Of a DNA stretch of 64,000 bases, positions 12,908 through 27,637 are shown piece after piece (the first letter of the stretch is position 1; every line of letters begins with the position of its first letter). The notes beneath the pieces are model-generated. The model had not been told where the DNA came from. It ran no database searches and saw only the letters and a program-made list of their open reading frames with translations. The translations under genes were made by a program, and so were the position numbers. The stretch lies in the NCBI GenBank assembly GCA_012295275.1, contig CM022671.1:31620001-31684000 (forward strand), read 5' to 3'. The stretch is from Chrysomallon squamiferum (Eukaryota; Animalia; Mollusca).

Positions 12908-15900
12908 AGCCAAGAAAATGTAATAACTTAACTAAACAAATGCACATTGATAATTTGATATATTAAAGTAATTTAGAAAGAACATTTGCTTAATGGTTTG
13001 AAAGTGAGGCCTACTGATCAAGATAACTGATGACCTGTCATTCTTTGTGTCATGTACATTAACAAATCTTTTCTGTCACTGATCATAAGAATACCCTTAT
13101 CTGTCAGCAGTGAGAAAATATATGATTTTAGAAAAAGCAGTAGCAAGAAAAGAAGAAAAGCACAACAAATAACAAAGCTTTGATGTTTAGAGACATCTGA
13201 CAAAGGTTTTTGATATATTTCCCTTTTGTTTGTATTTTAAGTTGGAGCTTAACTTGCAAAATTTTAGAAAGCTGTGTGTATATGTAGTGAATCATAATCA
13301 GTGTTTTCATTTTATTACAATTGTTTTTTCATTTAATTTTTATAATTTATTATTACTAATTTTATATATATGTTTTTTTTTTTTTTTTTTTTTACAATAT
13401 ATTAGTGATAAATAACTTTTGCTTCTAAAACTCATGTACTTTGCTCTGATTTCTCTGCTTTATGAAACTGCAGATTAAATAATGGTATTAAAAGAGATTT
13501 TGTTATTATTACTCATACCTAGAAGAATGCAAAAAATTTAAAGTTGAAATTCAGATTAACATATTCAGAACTGATATTGTATTTTCTGTAATAAAAAAAA
13601 AAATATATAAAAAATGTAACATTAATTTCAACACAATTTTAAAAAAAAAAAGAAAAAAGTTAATAATAAATTTTAGCTTCAGCTTAAATAAAAACAAATA
13701 TTATTCAGTTTTTAAAATTATAAAGAAAAGTTTGCAAGTGACTTACAATTTTAATTTTTTTTGTGGGGGGGGGGCGGGATAATGTTTCCCTAGCAGTCAG
13801 TGCCATGTTGTGATTCAAGTGATTTATTTTCGTTTGTGTCATTTTATGGCTTAGCAAACCAGAGCAAATCAAGACAGTTACCTTTATTTGTCTGATTACC
13901 TTTCCACACCTGTAACAGGTGTCATTGTTTGACATGATGATACAGTTTATAGCAGCAGTCTCTGCATACATGAAGTGAAATGGAAAATTAACATGTTTCG
14001 AAGTTCTACATTTATTTATTTACTTTTGTTATTTGTTTTATTGTTGATGTTAGAACAGCATTTAGAAAAAATATATAACTGTTTCTCATTTTTTAATTTA
14101 TAACTCAACAGCTTCAATAAAATGAATTTCAAATACTGATATTTAATAGTAATGTGTAACTTTGATATTGCACTTATAATATTATGTATGAATAATTTTT
14201 AAATTAGTGTTAAGAAAAAGAAGCTGGAGTTAAGAATTATTATGATGTGGATCAGATGACAGAACATTTTTGTATTCAAGAAACCTGAACCATTTCAGTG
14301 ATACCTTTTTGGCAAAGCCGTATTTATTGAAGTTTTCAAACCCAGCAAACATTTATTAAATTGCTGGTGAAAATTCACCGGATGCTACCTATTAATAACA
14401 TCTCTGAAGGCCTGTTTGATGGCTTCCACAAGTTAATCTTGCATTCACAAGTGAACAATATACAGTGTATCTGGTAGCATATTGTTAATTAATTAACTCT
14501 TCTCTGAACAGAAGAGGGAATGTGATAGACAGGTGACTGCCTCTTGTCTTGTCAATACTTTTAGGCCAACAGCATTGATTGACACAGACTTTGAAGGGCC
14601 ATAGGCCACCAGTTAATGGAGTGATTGACAATTCCTTTCAATCACAAATGCCCACATTCACAAAGCTTGATTCATGGCAATTTCAATGCTACATACAACT
14701 TAATACTGTGTTCTGTTCCAAGTCAGGTTGTCTCTGTCTTCATTCTTCTTTGCATTCTGAACAACTTGCAGTTTGCATGCCACCCAGTAAATTGGAAAGC
14801 AGCGGCCCATAATTCAGATGATAATGAACTAAACCAAACTATACAAATGGAATGAATGTGTGGAAGCACGCATAAGAACATGGATAGAATTGGTTTTATG
14901 TCCCAGCTTTAGAGAGCAGCACATGATTTGGCGTCAGCCTTTTGTTGGTCACCTGGCTTTCAGCGATTTCATGGCACCTTTGAACGAGACTGTTTTCACT
15001 GAAGTGTATTTTATTGGGCTGATTATATTTTAATAATTCGTATTTTTTCTATGTTTGCCTTCAAAGGTTGTTTTTCATTTTATTTTATTTTTATAAAAGG
15101 TTCATCATCCCTGATGAAGTATGTAGATTACTACCTCAGAAGAGGGGAAAAACATTTTTTCACTTTAAAATACTGCACATAATCATGCTGTTGTTATTTA
15201 TAGTTCATTTCTCTATGCATGTGCATGCATACACATCTGATAATGCATATATACCAACAATAACTCTTTTATACAGATACAAACTGTTAAAGGGGTTTTC
15301 CTTCTTTTAAAAAAAAAAAAAAAATTATTATATATATATTGTAACCCTGACACCATTCTGACTGAATTAAACATTTTGTTAATTTTTAATTATTATTTTT
15401 CGACAGTAACTGATGAAATATAAGTTGGACAAAATTGTATAATTTGAATATACTAAATGTTATTCTGAAAATTGAAAAAGTGAAACACACATATTAATAT
15501 GTGTAATATTTATTTTCATGATTAGTCATCCTTCAACCAAAACTATACAGTGTAAACATAAAGTAGTAATAAAAGCTGACAGGATTATATAACATAATTG
15601 TTAAGATATGGGGTAATCAGATACAACCAATTTACATTCACCAAGATTTTATATGAAATTCTTTTGTATGTGCATGTATTTATTTTAATTTTAATACTGA
15701 CATAACTAAATCATCATAATGGGTGGGAAAAAAAAAAAAAAAAAAAAGGTTTGTGCATAACACACACACATATTCAGCATTCAGTTATGCACTAAAATAA
15801 AGATTGTTGTGATAAAATATATGTAATAATGTACATTGCCATTCTTTCTGTGTTACTAGTATGTGTATGTATCTGAAAGTGTAACTCCTTGTTTCTTTTC

Positions 15901-18350
15901 AGAAAGCCCAGAATAAATCCACAGCTGGTTGCCCAGCAGGTAGCCCAGCAGTTTGCACCCCCAGCTCCGCCAAAGAGAGAAAAGATAGGAAACCCAGCCA
16001 AAAAAGGCAAACTTGGTCCCAGCTTGGGCAGAAAAAGTAATCGGTAAGTATTGTTACATGTAAACTAGAGCTCATTTCAGTGACTGGATGATCACTGGAT
16101 ACTTGACTCTCTGGACACTGAAGGAGAGATATCTCCCAGTATTACTAAAAGATTCATATTTGCTCACAAACGTTGCCAAAAATAATAACACTGAATTAAA
16201 AAAAATGTTGAAAAAGCCAGCAGAACATCACAGCAAATAATTCAGTAATCAAAAATGTTAAGATACCTCAGCATATTTTAATACTGATTTGACTGGGAAT
16301 TAAAATATTTGAATAAATTCATCTGCATTAAACCAAATGTTTTGTTTTAACACAACTTCTTTCTCAAGACTTATAAAAATATACTTTTTAGAAATCATTC
16401 ATTCCACAAATACAAGTATTGAAAATTGAGAGGGAGCAGAGATTTATTTGTGCTTCAGAATTCTATTTTATGTAACTTTACATGTGTTACAAGTAAGTTT
16501 GTTCTGACGTTCCCTCTTTTCCTGAACACCTAGCAACAGAAGGTGATTAGAGATGCAGAAAGTAATATTACATTCTTACATTTAATCTCATCAAAGGCCA
16601 GGAAATGATCTGATGTAGGTAATTATACAATAATAACAACCTCATTGGAAGATTCAACAATAATTTTGTAATTAGATTAACATTTCTGTCCCGTTTCTTT
16701 CTGCCACTTATTTTATCAAGCAAGCATCCAGACAATGAACAAATAATATAATTGTATGAAAGTATTGACATTATGATTGAAGTAGTCACTCGTTTTCATT
16801 TGTTGCTTACCAGAGCGAGCCAGAGATCTATGGGTGGTCTGTTGCCAGAAACCTAACATGTGTTTGAATATGTCCTGTGTTGACTCCTCCTTGTGAATAT
16901 CAGTGCTGTGTGTACATAAACATTTGGTTTCACACCAAGGACTGAGACATACACACAGGCTCCTCAGTATTACACGATTTTCTTCAAACTGAAGAATCCC
17001 ACATAATGGTAGGGTGTGTGTGAAGGGTGTGCTTAAATGCTACAAAAAGCTGTAAAAGGGAAGGAGGTGTATGTGTGTGTGTGGGGGAGAAGTGGACAAA
17101 TTAAAGAGCAAAAAGAACTGAAAAGAGGCAATATTGTGAGTACACACTTGTCCAAACCATCTCAAATGTTGAGCAAATACTGCCACAAACAGAGTTTAGT
17201 TAGAGCAGTCCTAAGTAGCAGAAAACACCTGCATTCATATGTCCCAAGTGTCTAACACCAAATATGTGTTTTCACAGTGTGCACAGTTGCAAAGAAGAGT
17301 ACAAACAGGCCCATGGTACCATTGTGGCTTGTTTGCAAGCCAGGCATTAACGGGAAGGGGTGGATGCCAAAATGTTTGGCTATGAATACATTCAGGGTAA
17401 AAGACACAGGCAATATCACTTGTCAATACCTTGAGAGGGCATCACCTTGTGTTGACAAATCTGGCAATAGAAGTCCAATTACTGTTTTTCAACACGAGTG
17501 TGCAGTCGGACTCAGAAGAATGGGTAAGACCTGATAGGCTGTGAAGGTGAATAGAGAGGCCAAACGACAGGCACTGCTGGGGCAAAAAGCCAGACATCTA
17601 ATTCAGATCTTGCTTTATTTTTTATCTTGTTGTATTTACTCATTACGCACAAATATGTGTGTAATTTCTTTATTGATTTTTCTCATTAGAAGGGAGATGA
17701 ATGACGAAGAAATATTTAATATTTGGTGCCATTGAAAAAGGCATGAAATATTTCTCGTGATTGATTCTAAAATAAACATTGTAAAGAAAAGTTGTCAGTT
17801 ATAGTTTTTTTCTAAAAAAATTCTTTATTTTTTATCTTTTTTCTTTTCTGCTTCATTAAAAAATTTTTATCTTTCAGATTTTTTGAAATTAAACCATTTT
17901 CATATTTATATAGAAATATATAAAAACTGTCTTTCCAATATGGAAGAATTTTTGTGATTAATTATGTTTTATCCACTATTTAAATTCCAAACTTTACATT
18001 TTTATTACCTAAGATCTTTAAAACTATAAGATCAAAATATTTATTTCCTTTTCTCCTTAAAATAATAATAAAAAGTAAAATCTGTGTATATTTGTTTGTT
18101 TTTTGTTTGTTTTTATTTCAGACCTCCAAGATTGAAGAATATCGATCGAAGTAGTGCACGCCACATGTCTGTCACTGTGGGCAGTGTGACAGTCATCATC
18201 ACGGATTACCAACCAAAGAAAAAAGACAGTCACCCTTCAGAAAATCATATCAGCTCAGATAACAGTGACACTAACTCTTCCAGTGCTGGGGTTGACCCCC
18301 ACGACCACGAGGAAGTGGACGAAGAAGAAGAGGATCATGCAGACAACTGA
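7795..18350 (+). CDS. YAF2: RYBP/YAF2 family protein (variant PRC1 subunit), 173 aa; join(7795..7820,7994..8119,15903..16043,18122..18350)
   Basis: Spliced translation [68 protein letters not shown]...[33 protein letters not shown]. RanBP2/NZF zinc finger plus the C-terminal YAF2_RYBP RING1-binding motif. All three introns are GT-AG phase 2; 522 nt. Single invertebrate co-orthologue of vertebrate RYBP and YAF2. Confidence 0.95.
7994..8119 (+). CDS. YAF2: RYBP/YAF2 exon 2, NZF zinc finger
   Basis: ttttcag acceptor, AG|GTGGGT donor; [10 protein letters not shown]...CEMC. Confidence 0.95.
9517..9640 (+). mobile_element. SINE 5' fragment with tRNA-like A box
   Basis: ggggttgtaaactcagtggtaga head followed by a decayed core. 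Confidence 0.4.
10097..10270 (+). mobile_element. Degenerate SINE, same family
   Basis: gggctatttcctgttctagcattggttcacaattggtt...tggtatgtg core. Confidence 0.55.
11755..12070. repeat. Degenerate minisatellite
   Basis: Recurring aatcacttttgttttatatg(a/g)cattataaca-like unit. Confidence 0.55.
15903..16043 (+). CDS. YAF2: RYBP/YAF2 exon 3
   Basis: tcttttcag acceptor, CG|GTAAGT donor; [20 protein letters not shown] followed by a basic stretch. Confidence 0.95.
18122..18350 (+). CDS. YAF2: RYBP/YAF2 exon 4 (C-terminal motif, stop)
   Basis: tttatttcag acceptor; [28 protein letters not shown]; TGA at 18348-18350. Confidence 0.95.
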
Positions 18351-18926
18351 CAGACAGCTGCATTAAGTTGAAAATATATTTGTTATGTTCTTAGTCAGTA
18401 GAGAGGAGAGCTGTATCCCAGCAGAGAAGGCAGATGTTTGGCTGGTGCATGGTGTGATCTGTTGTCTTGTTTACAGTTGTTGGTTGGGTTTTTTAAAATT
18501 GGTATCTAGGTTTGAAGATCAGTTTCTGTTATTATTATTATTTTTTTTTTTTTTTTATTATTTTTTTTTTATTATTATTCTCTTCTCTTTTTTTTTAATG
18601 AGTAGCCTGACTTTGGACTCTTTCATTTTGTTTTTTAAAACCAAAACTTGTAAACTCACGAATGCACAATAATCTGTCTCTGCAAAAAAGAACAAATAAT
18701 GGGCTGTTCAGACATTTGGCTCTGATACTGAATAAAAGGAACACTTGAAATACACATAGAACTAAAAACACCAAACGAAACAAATCCTGCTGTATAAGAG
18801 GATGGAATGACTGGGAACTGAAAGCTATTGTCTTCTCTTTTTACCATCATAATTTCAAAGCATGTATAGAAAATTAACCACATGTTTTGAGAAAATTTGA
18901 AATTATCAATTGTAATAAGACTGATC

Positions 18927-18958
<32 letters not shown>

Positions 18959-21408
18959 TATATAATAACAAAATTATTTGCTAACAAGGCATTTACAGTT
19001 GTTACAAATATGAATGCATGCATTAGCAGTTTCAGGTTGATATGAAATGTCATTGCTTTATAGTTGTTGTTGGTCATTTTTTTTAATTTTTTTTTAAATC
19101 TTTTAAAAAAAAAGTCTTATTATTTTTTTTTTTTAGTTCAGTATTTTTAATGAGTGAATGAGTTTTTTTTAATTTTATTTATAATGCTCAGATTCCATAA
19201 CTATGAAGTGTTTGATTTCTAAATTTATTAAAACAACAACAAATAAAGTGTTTTAAAAATAAATTTTTTTATTTACTATTATTGAAAACAAATAATGGAA
19301 ACAAATTCAAAATGGTGCTTCAACAGTGTTAATAATAAAAGTATAAAACAAACTGGTTACAGTTTTTATTCACTGTAAAACTTTTATAAAGCATAATGCT
19401 GATTACAAATCTTGCTAGTCTCCATGTTAAACAAACGCTGAATTCATATTCTGGACATTTTGTCACCACAAATGTCTCTCACATTATCTGAGCTATCATT
19501 TCTTATTCATTTGTATTTTTATTATCACTGATTCATGCCTGAACAAGAATGATAATTTCATTTGTTATTATTATTTATTTTATTTGTTTATTTAAAAAAA
19601 AAAAAAAGATTTAATCTGTGTGCTTCTACTCATAGACTTTTCTAACTTCAAGCATTTTTATTAATGCAGGACAAAAAACCCATATTCATTGGTGAATGTA
19701 TAGGGAGGTGGTTTGGAGTAGAAATAATCACCAGGCATATGCACATCTCTCAAATTATTATTATTAACATTTAAATTAATTAATTAATTAATTTGTTTAC
19801 TTATTTTTCAGATGCTTATGATTTGAATTCTGTTGTTATGTTCTTGGCTTGGTACGTTTTGGGTGATATGTTGTTTTATTTTGCATGCTGGAAAGGTATT
19901 ACTTACACTGTATAAAGTACTGACGTTTGTGTGATGTATAAATACTGTAATAACTTCCTATATAAGTCACTGGCTGTTTTTCTCTGTGTGTGAATATACT
20001 TGTTTATTTCTGTTGATATATCTATATGCATTTACTGTACAATTTGTATTTACGTCATAAGAGGGGTTTTGAAAAATACAAATCATGTATTATAACAGAC
20101 CAAATCCTCTTATCACTAACACAATGCTCTTTATAACAGCAGAATCAAAAGTCCTTTCACCCCCCCTCAAAATAAACCCAGCATAAATAAATAAAAATTT
20201 AGAACAATTATTAATTTGTTCATTTAAAAACTTTACTGTCTGTCAACAAAGACATTATCTAAATATCTTTTGTACTCTTCAAAACAATTGTTTTATTAAT
20301 TTTTCAAAAACCATGCAATAAAGTATGATTGCATTAAAAGCTTATACTGTAATTGATTGGAAAAAAAATGCTGATTGTTTGGGATATTGTTCAGTTTTAA
20401 ATCAACAACATTTTAATATTAGCAGCAAGTATAACAAATATATATATATATATATATATATTTTTTTATCATTGCCCTACGTTCCCATATAACAGTACTT
20501 TCAGTCTTATAAACTTATTTTATTGACACAGAAGGCTGTGATTATTTCAATTTTATAATGCATATACTCATCAAGATAGCTGTATCATTTGGATGCATTT
20601 AATACAAAGTAAATACAGAAAGGTATCTGGTATATTTTCACATTAACAAATAAACATAAGTAAATTTGTAAGATAGCAGATTGTGCTCTTAGCTGTAACA
20701 TAATAGGAAACATTGTCACTGAAAATGAATGCTGAGAGAAATTTTGTTTTCTTCACTATAAGTGTTAGTGAAAAAAGGATATTTGGACTAGCTCTATTCA
20801 TACATGCTTACACTGTTTAATTTATACCTACATTTTTATTACAACTTTACCCATTTAAGATGTTTTGTAAAACTGGTTACTAGATTTATGTCTTATTATT
20901 TTTCTCTTTTATTATTATTACTATTATTTTTTTAACAGCATGGATGGCGTTTGAATTTAAATTTATTATTATGATTACACTTTTTATTGTTTCTTTCATT
21001 TTATTTTATGGTCTCGGCAACAGCATTGTGTATTACTGAGATAGTTAAATTTTGAAATTAATAATTTTGAGTAATAGCATTACAACTATAATACAAAAAC
21101 AATGCAATTGATAGTAGTAATAATGATTTATTTGTACATTTATTAGGGCAGTTTATGTGCCTTACCAACCAAAAAAATACATATAAACTGCCAAAAACAG
21201 CATTTTTAATCAAGGTGAATTACTTATTTATACATAGGTAATTAGGAAAGAATCAACAGTGAAATACAACTTTTGGAAAAGTGCCTGAGTGTGCTAATAT
21301 CATGATTGTAACTAAATTTTCTTAAATTGTTTTAATTTAATTTAATTTTTTTCTACATTTTAGGAAGAATTAAGCTGAGGAATCAGAAATACAGAATTAA
21401 CAAATGTG

Positions 21409-21450
<42 letters not shown>

Positions 21451-23310
21451 ATATTCAAAACAAATAATAATTTATACATAGTTTAAGATATAAAAAAATG
21501 GCCATTTTTTATTATTTACACAAAAATGTCTGCTGAAAACAAAATCATTTATTTCATATTACCATAGAATAATTTTTAAACTGAAGAAAGGTTGTCACAT
21601 AGAAAATAACACATACCCATCCCCATCCCTACCACCCAATCATACACATGGATGACATAACCACACATATTATCCATACATTATTTTAATTATCCACTTG
21701 TTGTTTGGTGTGTACAATTGATTTTGTACTTTTAAAGGTACTTGAGCATCTTGTACATTTATTTTATTTAAAATTTGTGAGAACTTAATGATGGTGTTAT
21801 GATTTGAAAAAAAAAAGAAAAAAAAAATTATGCTCAGAATTAAAAGAAGTACACAAAGTCAAACTGTTGTTGTTTGCTTTACAAATCTTTTTTTTTTTTT
21901 TTTTTAAATTTATATATTTAAAAAAAATGTTTTGTTGTTGGGCTTAAATATTTCTTTGTAAAATACAGGTACTGGATGGATATACTTTGTTTTTTGCTGC
22001 AAATTATTTTGTATCAAAACGGACTTCCAGAAAATGCTGGTCTATTACCATTTTGTAACCAAGTAAAGGAGATTAAAAAAAAAGAAGTAATTACATTGGG
22101 AAAAAATGGTGTCAGTTAGTGATAATTTTATTATATATGGACTGAGGTTTAGCAAGTACCAATCTAAGAACCAATAGTTTAACTAAGCTAGAAGTAGATA
22201 ATATCCAAACATACCACTAAACAAACGAATACTGGAGTTTGTTATAAATATATGTATTGTGACAGTTGAAATGGTCACTATAGCCTAGTATAGTCAAAAT
22301 TTGTTACAGCAGTCATTAATAGTAGTCCTCAAGAGTAACAGGAGTGAACAATGAAAGTGCTCATGAATATTTTAAATGTAAATTGTCACTTTTTTACTGT
22401 AAGTAAAAGCACTTACAGCCTTTGATACATTAGTTTTGAGAAGCTATATAATATAATCTGAAACAATTTACTGGAATTACTCATCTTTACTGGTTAATGC
22501 AAATATAGTGTTGTGGTGAAAACTTTCTGCATAACTTATTTACAGACTAGTTAAAAATGAAACAGAAAACCATGAGAAAAAAATCTTAACAATTCCTAGC
22601 TGTTAGTAGAAAAAATCTAATGGGTTTCTTCTCAAGTCTGTATGAGAAAATGTTTGATAGTCAATGATAGAAATTAATCAATGCTGTCTAGTAATATTAA
22701 AACACACATTTGAAAAGATATTAAATGTCTTTATGGTAAATTAATGTGACATGTAACTGTCTATTTCTCAAGAAAAAAACATTCTTGATAACTTTATCTT
22801 TTCCAGAACAACCCTTAATCACTCCATTAAAATACTTTTAACGAATGTGTTTCAAGATATCTGGATACATTAGGATGCACTTTCTATTCTTGTAGATAAA
22901 TTCAACAGGAATTATTTTGGTTTGGAGGTTCAGGACTTCCCAAAAAGAGTTGATTTTGTTTTCAGTTATTCTGGTAATAATTATTTTTTCATGATGATAC
23001 ACATCCTAATAATAAACTTTGGATAGTGGTATATGATCATCAGAGGACATCACAAACAGATGATAAAACATTAGTTAAATATGAATTAGAGTATTTAACT
23101 AAATGCTACGTCAAGATATTTCAAACTGATGGTTAAGTCTCATCACTCTGCATCATTGATAACATACAATAAATATGCCAGCAGTGTTCTATGAGTTATT
23201 CTTAACAATTACCAGCAATGCATCTTTTGTAGATGTGAAATCAGACACCAAAACCTTGGAAAAATCAGTCAAGAAAAACTGGCTGGAATGGAATTTCAGT
23301 GTTATAACAG

Positions 23311-23344
<34 letters not shown>

Positions 23345-24957
23345 CGAGTTTGTAGTTAGTAATTACTTGCTGTTTTATGCAAATTTGGATGTAACTCACT
23401 TGACTGTTTTAATTCTTTAATATTCAGGATGTTAAGCATTCAGTAAAAACAACAATAACATTAGAAACAAAACTTTATTTTCAACAGAGAAATACATCAT
23501 GGTCTTTGATAAAATGCTTATCAGGCACCATCTGGCTTCATAACCCAAGAGTGAAGCATTTGATTTCATATTTCTTAATCTGGAAGTTCACCTCTACATC
23601 TCTGTGTTTGATATCATAAATGACTATATGAAGTTGTATACAATTAGAAATTCTTGTTGATTACTGAATTAGTAATAACTGTTTGATATTAAATGATAAA
23701 ATGATCAATACTTTTCCCTTGTATCAACCGATGTCCATTTATGTGTAAATAAAAATTCATTATTTTATCAAGATGTCATTCAGAACTTTCTAAATTGTCT
23801 TCACTTCTTTGAACAGCTGCATACTCTAGGATAATTCTTCTGAAAATAAATAAAATTAAAATTTAGGAATATGCATAATTCACTGACCAATTTAAACTAT
23901 TTTTCTATTAAGCTGTTAAAGTTTTTCAAATACTAATAATATTACACATCTATTTTTCCACTGTGGCATAAGTAACCCATTAGTCATAATAATACAAGTG
24001 TAAATCATTGGTGTTTTATTTAAACAGATTTTAGTCTGTGATGTGACAGATTTATTATGATTTATAAACCAAACACACCCAGTTAGAAATTTCTTAAGTG
24101 AAATGTCCAGTTTTAATACACTGTAAGAAACAGAGACATATTTAATAAAATGCTTCATGGTAAACAAACTTAAAACAGTAATTACTGGGTAAAAACCAAG
24201 GGAAAAAAAACATAATAAAAAAAAAAACAATCCCAAAACACAGAAGTGACTGAAAAGAGAGAGAGAAAAAAGCAAATCTAATTGAAATGACAACAATATG
24301 ATGATGGTGATAATCATTTTAATGGGAGAAGAGATATCTTGATAATGAAAATTCACACTGATGAAAAAAAAAAAAAAAAAAAAAAAAATCCAGCTGAAAT
24401 TATGCAGAAACATTATAACTCCTGTCATGTCACTGGTGTCAGGAGATCTCAGAATAAATAAAGGGTATGTATAAAAGCTAATGTACAACATGTCTGCCTT
24501 CAATCAGGAAAACAATGTCTTTGATCATTGATGTCAAAACTGTGTCACTGCCTTGTGAAGATGGATTTGGATGTGTGATGTGTACACAAAAGAGGTGTTG
24601 TGTGTTACAACTCTCTGTCTCACCTAGATTAACTGATTAGCCTGGAATTCTAAAGGTGTTTTCACTTTCACTTTAATTAGAATTCCTAATTCATCTGTTT
24701 TATTTACCTTAGTGTGGCTTAGTGTTATTACACCAGTGACTTGCAGTTTTGTACACCCACAATTTTATTGCTCTTTACTGAATTATATGTGTTAAAATTA
24801 AAATAAAAAAATATATATATAAATTAAAATTAAAATTAAAATTAAATGAAATATCAGTACCTACAAAAAATAATCAAAGGCAAAGAAAAATGTGTTCCAA
24901 GGGCTATACATCGGACCTTTGACCTAACATCTTTCTGTTTTTTAAATATTTTCCAAA

Positions 24958-24988
<31 letters not shown>

Positions 24989-25730
24989 ATACCCATAAAT
25001 AAACATTAATTGAATTCTCAAGTTGAATATGTGGTATCACAGGGTTTGGATCAGAAAGACTGAGAAATGATGTCACCAAGAAATATTTTGACCTTCAGTA
25101 AAATTTTAAGAGGCAACTTATTTCTCAATATGTACAAAGTTATGTAATAACTCTGTATTAATATTTAATATTAACAAACGTCCAGAAAATACACAAATCT
25201 GAATGATTCAGTTTTCACTTTAAAACCAAAAATCTTGTTTAAATACTCTATCTATGATTCAGTACACATTTTAATAGTATTCTCTAAAAGCAATAATTAA
25301 TATAATACATGCACGGAAAAGAGCCAGTAGATATTCAAAACCCTGCAAATCAGTATCGGTATACAACTTGTGGACAATCTCAGGAAGCAATTAATGATTG
25401 ATTGTGATAATAAAACTTAAACCACTAAAAAACAAAATCATTTCATACCTACTCAAGTGAAATCTTTATTTCCTGAGATGGCAAAAATTCAGCTGTTTAT
25501 CATAACTCTTTTAGATGAAGTGTAATGAAATTAGTTCTTGTCAACACCATACCATTACAACAAGACTGACCACACACATACAACTCTATAATTTATAACA
25601 TTCTCACAATTAAAGAATGTCAAGTAGGGAATTCTCAGTGAGATGAATGTTAGAGGTAAGTATCATACTAGCACAGTGTGAAGTGTTTCGACATAAAACT
25701 TCTAGTAAGCAAACACTTCCTACTTTGTAA

Positions 25731-25777
<47 letters not shown>

Positions 25778-27369
25778 AACACACACACACACACACACAG
25801 AGTGAGATGTACAACACATTCTTTTTTACTTTTTTGAACTTCTTTTGGCCAGTTTAACTTTCATATAATCTTTTATTTCTTGTGATATCATAAAAGGTTT
25901 TAGCATACAATAAGTACACAAGTACCCAACATACTGCCATATGTGTATGTATGTATGTATGTATGAAGAAAAAGAATCTGTCATGAGCATTAAATAGATA
26001 AATATATTTTTAGCTATAGTTATCCTCATTGACTTGTTTTCAATACAACAATTAACTGCAATACATTTTCCATTTGGCTAGTTCAGTTAATAACTGTTAT
26101 ATTCAGTTTTTTTTCCTGTAATGTTTATTTTCCTTTCAAAAATCAGAATGTACTTCAGAAATATATTTAAAAATAAAATAAAATAATGAAATTAACGAGT
26201 CAAAATATAAATAACTGGATTCAGTATACATTGGTGGGCAGATGATTTACCCAGTTCAAAATTTTACTAAGATGGAACAGTTAGAATGTTATCTTTATAA
26301 TTATTATAATTTATTATTATTATAGATATATTTTTAAAAATATTGAGTAATCCTTACATATTTTTTTTTACCATTTCCTTCTAAATAACCAATCTTCAGT
26401 ACCCCCCAAAAAAAAAAAACACAAAAATGAAAGACAATAAAAATAATATTAATATCATGACAGATTTTTAAAATGGATAATTCTCAAATTAGGTCCATAA
26501 AACAAAAGTGTAAATACAGACCTTGGGAGACAGTTACCTCCCTCAGAAAGGATTCTTCAAGAGCAAACAACTCTTGAGAGAACATCAAAACAATAATTCT
26601 TAAATATGTCTAAGTAGCAAAAGAGCAAATTCCATCTGGACCTCATGCTACCAGATTTCAAAGGTTCAGAAATCATCTCAGCAATGCCACTGGTTTTGAT
26701 AATAAACCTAAGTGCCTGGAATTCAAATGACCACAAACCACAGTGTGATGAAGAGGGCCCCCTGCAAACTGGTATCAAAACATTGTCAACAAGCTCCATT
26801 CATTGTCTGTACACAAGTGTAGCACTTCCTGTAATAACAGGGCCTTCAGCACACAGATACAACAGTAAATCTTTCTACCTGTCTCAACTCTCACCTTCTA
26901 CATACCATTCCCTTTCTAAAGCACCCATATATTCAAAGTTTTGTTTGCATACTGTTATTTTACCTGACTGGTTGTATGTATGGCATTTTACCTCATGGTA
27001 TGCAGGAAGCCTGAGAGGGCAGGGGTAAACATGACAGTCTCTCAACCAGAAATGAAGCATGGACCCCTACTGCTGTTGTAATTCATTTCCTAATATTTAT
27101 GAATGTGTGTAATACAAATGTTAAGCAAATATTTTCCATATTAAAATTTGCTACTAGTTTCTAAGGTGAAAGAAAGCCAAACACTATTAATTAGATACAG
27201 GGCTTATTATTTTATTATGATTATTATTATTATTTTATTTATTTATTTATTTATTTTTTTGAATTAGTAAATTATAATAGTATAATATTGTATTAATTGT
27301 TCATTACTATTTCAGAAAATAAAAATTACTTTTTAATAAGTAAACATATAAACTAGTCCAGCACCAGGA

Positions 27370-27637
27370 TAAGTCAGGATCAATCTTCCTTATTGCTCCA
27401 ACTGGATCATTTTCCATTCCAGTCAGTGCCCATTGATTGATTTATCAAACTGTGGTATGCACTTTCCTCTGTCAAAGTGTATATAAAAGAAAGGCCATGC
27501 TATAACCGAAAAAGAATAGCCAAGTGGGTTCCAGCAGTATGTTTCCTAACATATCACTATACAAAAACCATGCTTTAATATGTAACAACTGTTAATGTAA
27601 AAATGCCTTGAAGCGTGGTTAAACATTAATTCACTTT
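27370..27637 (+). mobile_element. Degenerate tRNA-derived SINE
   Basis: Core tttccattccagtcagtgc...tatcaaactgtggtatg...tataaaaga and 3' tail tgaagcgtggttaaac; similar to other copies in this window and to a gastropod SINE consensus recalled from memory. Confidence 0.6.

Noticed and set aside
23916-24503. 195-aa ORF, the longest in the track
   Set aside because: Product of T-rich low-complexity DNA, non-ATG start, no domain
26645-27028. 127-aa ORF
   Set aside because: No recognisable motifs or supporting splice structure
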